This document shows, one piece after another, positions 42,848 through 44,262 of a DNA stretch of 44,262 nt. Every line of letters begins with the position of its first letter. Positions within the stretch are counted from its first letter, which is position 1. A program made the position numbers and the translations under genes. This DNA comes from a virus (taxonomy: Duplodnaviria; Caudoviricetes), in the IMG/VR virus record IMGVR_UViG_3300017646_000172, positions 1 to 44,262 of that record; one strand, given 5' to 3'. The notes beneath the pieces are model-generated. The model saw only the letters and a program-made list of their open reading frames with translations, was not told where the DNA came from and did no database searches.

Positions 42848-43567
42848 ATGCACCTTGGCGATACCCGCCTCTTGATTGAGGCAGGTCGAGAGCGTGGCCT
42901 ATTGCGCAATCAGATGGCCTACGTTCTCGCGACCGCTTATCACGAGACGGCGCACACGATGAAACCGATCATCGAAAAGGGCGGGGAGAAATATCTCCGG
43001 TCGAAGAAGTACTGGCCATTCGTCGGGCGCGGGTACGTTCAGATCACCTGGCGGGATAACTACGAACGGGCCGGGAAAATCCTTGGCGTCGATTTCATCC
43101 GAAGCCCGGAACTGCTTCTGAAGCCTGAATATGCCGCACCGATCATAATTGCCGGTATGGCCGAGGGCTGGTTCACTGGAAAGAAGCTTTCCGATTACAT
43201 CACCTTGCAGAAGTCCGACTTCAAGAATGCTCGCCGGATCGTCAACGGTACGGACAAGGCCGAACTGATTGCCGGATACGCCAAGGAATATGACAAGGCT
43301 TTGCTGACCGAGGGATACGGCGTCGAGCAGATTGTAACCGCACCGGCTGCTGAAGTGGTTCCTGCACCTGTTGACGAGAAGCCCATCTCAAAATCGTCTC
43401 GTTTCTGGACGTGGTTCGGTTCCGGCGGCGGTGCGGCTGTCATGCCGTTCGTCGACTGGAAAGTGCAGTTGGTCATCGTGGCGGCGATCATCCTTGTTGC
43501 TGGCTATGCGATTTTCACGATGCCACAGGCGAGGGCCAAGCTTGAAAAGCTGGTGGATGCGATATGA
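42848..43567 (+). CDS. Endolysin, GH19/chitinase-like lysozyme fold, with C-terminal hydrophobic tail
   Basis: AYVLATAYHET...GRGYVQITW..NY...ARRIVNGTD; start 42848 or TTG 42842. Confidence 0.9.
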   Translation: MHLGDTRLLIEAGRERGLLRNQMAYVLATAYHETAHTMKPIIEKGGEKYLRSKKYWPFVGRGYVQITWRDNYERAGKILGVDFIRSPELLLKPEYAAPIIIAGMAEGWFTGKKLSDYITLQKSDFKNARRIVNGTDKAELIAGYAKEYDKALLTEGYGVEQIVTAPAAEVVPAPVDEKPISKSSRFWTWFGSGGGAAVMPFVDWKVQLVIVAAIILVAGYAIFTMPQARAKLEKLVDAI

Positions 43568-43845
43568 CCGCGATCTGGTCGCTTATTCCATCATGGCTGA
43601 GATACTCGTTCGCTGCCGCACTGGCGGCGTTTCTGCTTCTGGCGGGTGGGTATGTGGCCGGAACCATCAAAGAGCGCCAGCGGGCCGCATTGGCGGCGGC
43701 AGAGGCCACGGCCAAGGCAATCCAGAAAAGGGCGAACATCGATGAAAAGATTATCGGTATGGATGCTGTTGCTCTCTGCCTTGAGCTTGGCGGCTTGCCA
43801 GAGCAATGCAACGAACTGCGCGGGTTGGAAGCCGATCAGCCTTAA
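43564..43845 (+). CDS. Inner-membrane spanin (Rz-like)
   Basis: N-terminal TM, coiled coil, C-terminal Cys; follows endolysin. Confidence 0.75.
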   Translation: MTAIWSLIPSWLRYSFAAALAAFLLLAGGYVAGTIKERQRAALAAAEATAKAIQKRANIDEKIIGMDAVALCLELGGLPEQCNELRGLEADQP

Positions 43846-43942
43846 ACCGGCGACGGCTGTCTATCTCGCAGGAAACGATACACCGGCGGGTCAGGGTATC
43901 GCTTCTCACAACGCATTTGGGAAATCGCGGGGCTGCTGGTGA
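43742..43942 (+). CDS. Outer-membrane lipoprotein spanin (Rz1-like), overlapping Rz
   Basis: MKRLSVWMLLLSALSLAAC lipobox in an alternative frame; CAGWKPI...HN..G...CW. Confidence 0.8.
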   Translation: MKRLSVWMLLLSALSLAACQSNATNCAGWKPISLKPATAVYLAGNDTPAGQGIASHNAFGKSRGCW

Positions 43943-44262
43943 TGGAGGACAATCCCATGGGCGACCGTCAAGTGATGGGGATGAACATCGATATGAAAAT
44001 GACTATCGGCAACGTCATCACAATCGGGGTTGTCGTGGTCGGCATTACCGGCAGCTATTACGCGGTGAAGGGCGGCGTTGATCAGAGCAAGATCGATATC
44101 ACCAAGCTTGAAACCCGCATCGAACGGCTGGAAACCCAGAACGGAGATGTGCGCGACAGAATGACACGCATGGAAGTCACCTTGCAGAACATGGCGATAA
44201 ATCTGGATCGGGTTGCCCGGTTCGTTGACAGCACCGAGCAGCGAAATATTCAGCCACGGTGA
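43939..44262 (+). CDS. Single-TM coiled-coil protein; holin/lysis-accessory candidate
   Basis: One TM (TIGNVITIGVVVVGITGSYY) then heptads; start uncertain. Confidence 0.6.
   Translation: MMEDNPMGDRQVMGMNIDMKMTIGNVITIGVVVVGITGSYYAVKGGVDQSKIDITKLETRIERLETQNGDVRDRMTRMEVTLQNMAINLDRVARFVDSTEQRNIQPR

Larger units (their letters stand above)
1..44262. mobile_element. Temperate prophage (lambdoid organisation, HK97-type head, non-contractile tail); att sites lie outside the window
   Basis: Continuous ordered modules: integrase, early genes, cI/cro, replication, terminase, capsid, portal, tail, lysis. Confidence 0.97.

Overview
The window is a nearly complete temperate siphovirus-type prophage, running from the integrase to the lysis genes; no att site is visible. 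An alphaproteobacterial host, probably Hyphomicrobiales, is inferred from a GTTC-N7-GTTC LexA box and GTA-like tail genes. The layout is lambdoid: int-xis, a leftward early operon (small modular genes, HNH, putative ssDNA-annealing protein, RecE-like exonuclease), OL, cI/cro with readable operators, CII-like, DNA methyltransferase, VRR-NUC, replication genes, a Q-like late regulator, HNHs, terminase, an HK97-type head with the portal displaced downstream of the capsid, a non-contractile tail with a -1 frameshifted chaperone, tail fibre and lysis genes. The most striking features are non-coding. (1) A ~570-600 nt multi-stem, pseudoknotted RNA (about 18612-19211) lies between a tRNA-like 3' half and a strong terminator in the late leader; its size, context and architecture resemble the large ornate phage RNAs, especially ROOL. 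(2) A second ~460 nt densely structured region in the immunity slot (OL to cI) leads into a small HNH-fold gene. (3) A compact ~130 nt pseudoknotted element sits at 19522-19652. Other notable items are an SOS box between xis and a divergent zinc-finger gene, 16-bp junction repeats that each bracket a single small gene, antisense morons in the tail region and a GNAT gene in the tail-tip module. All calls were made by eye; no database search or folding computation was run.
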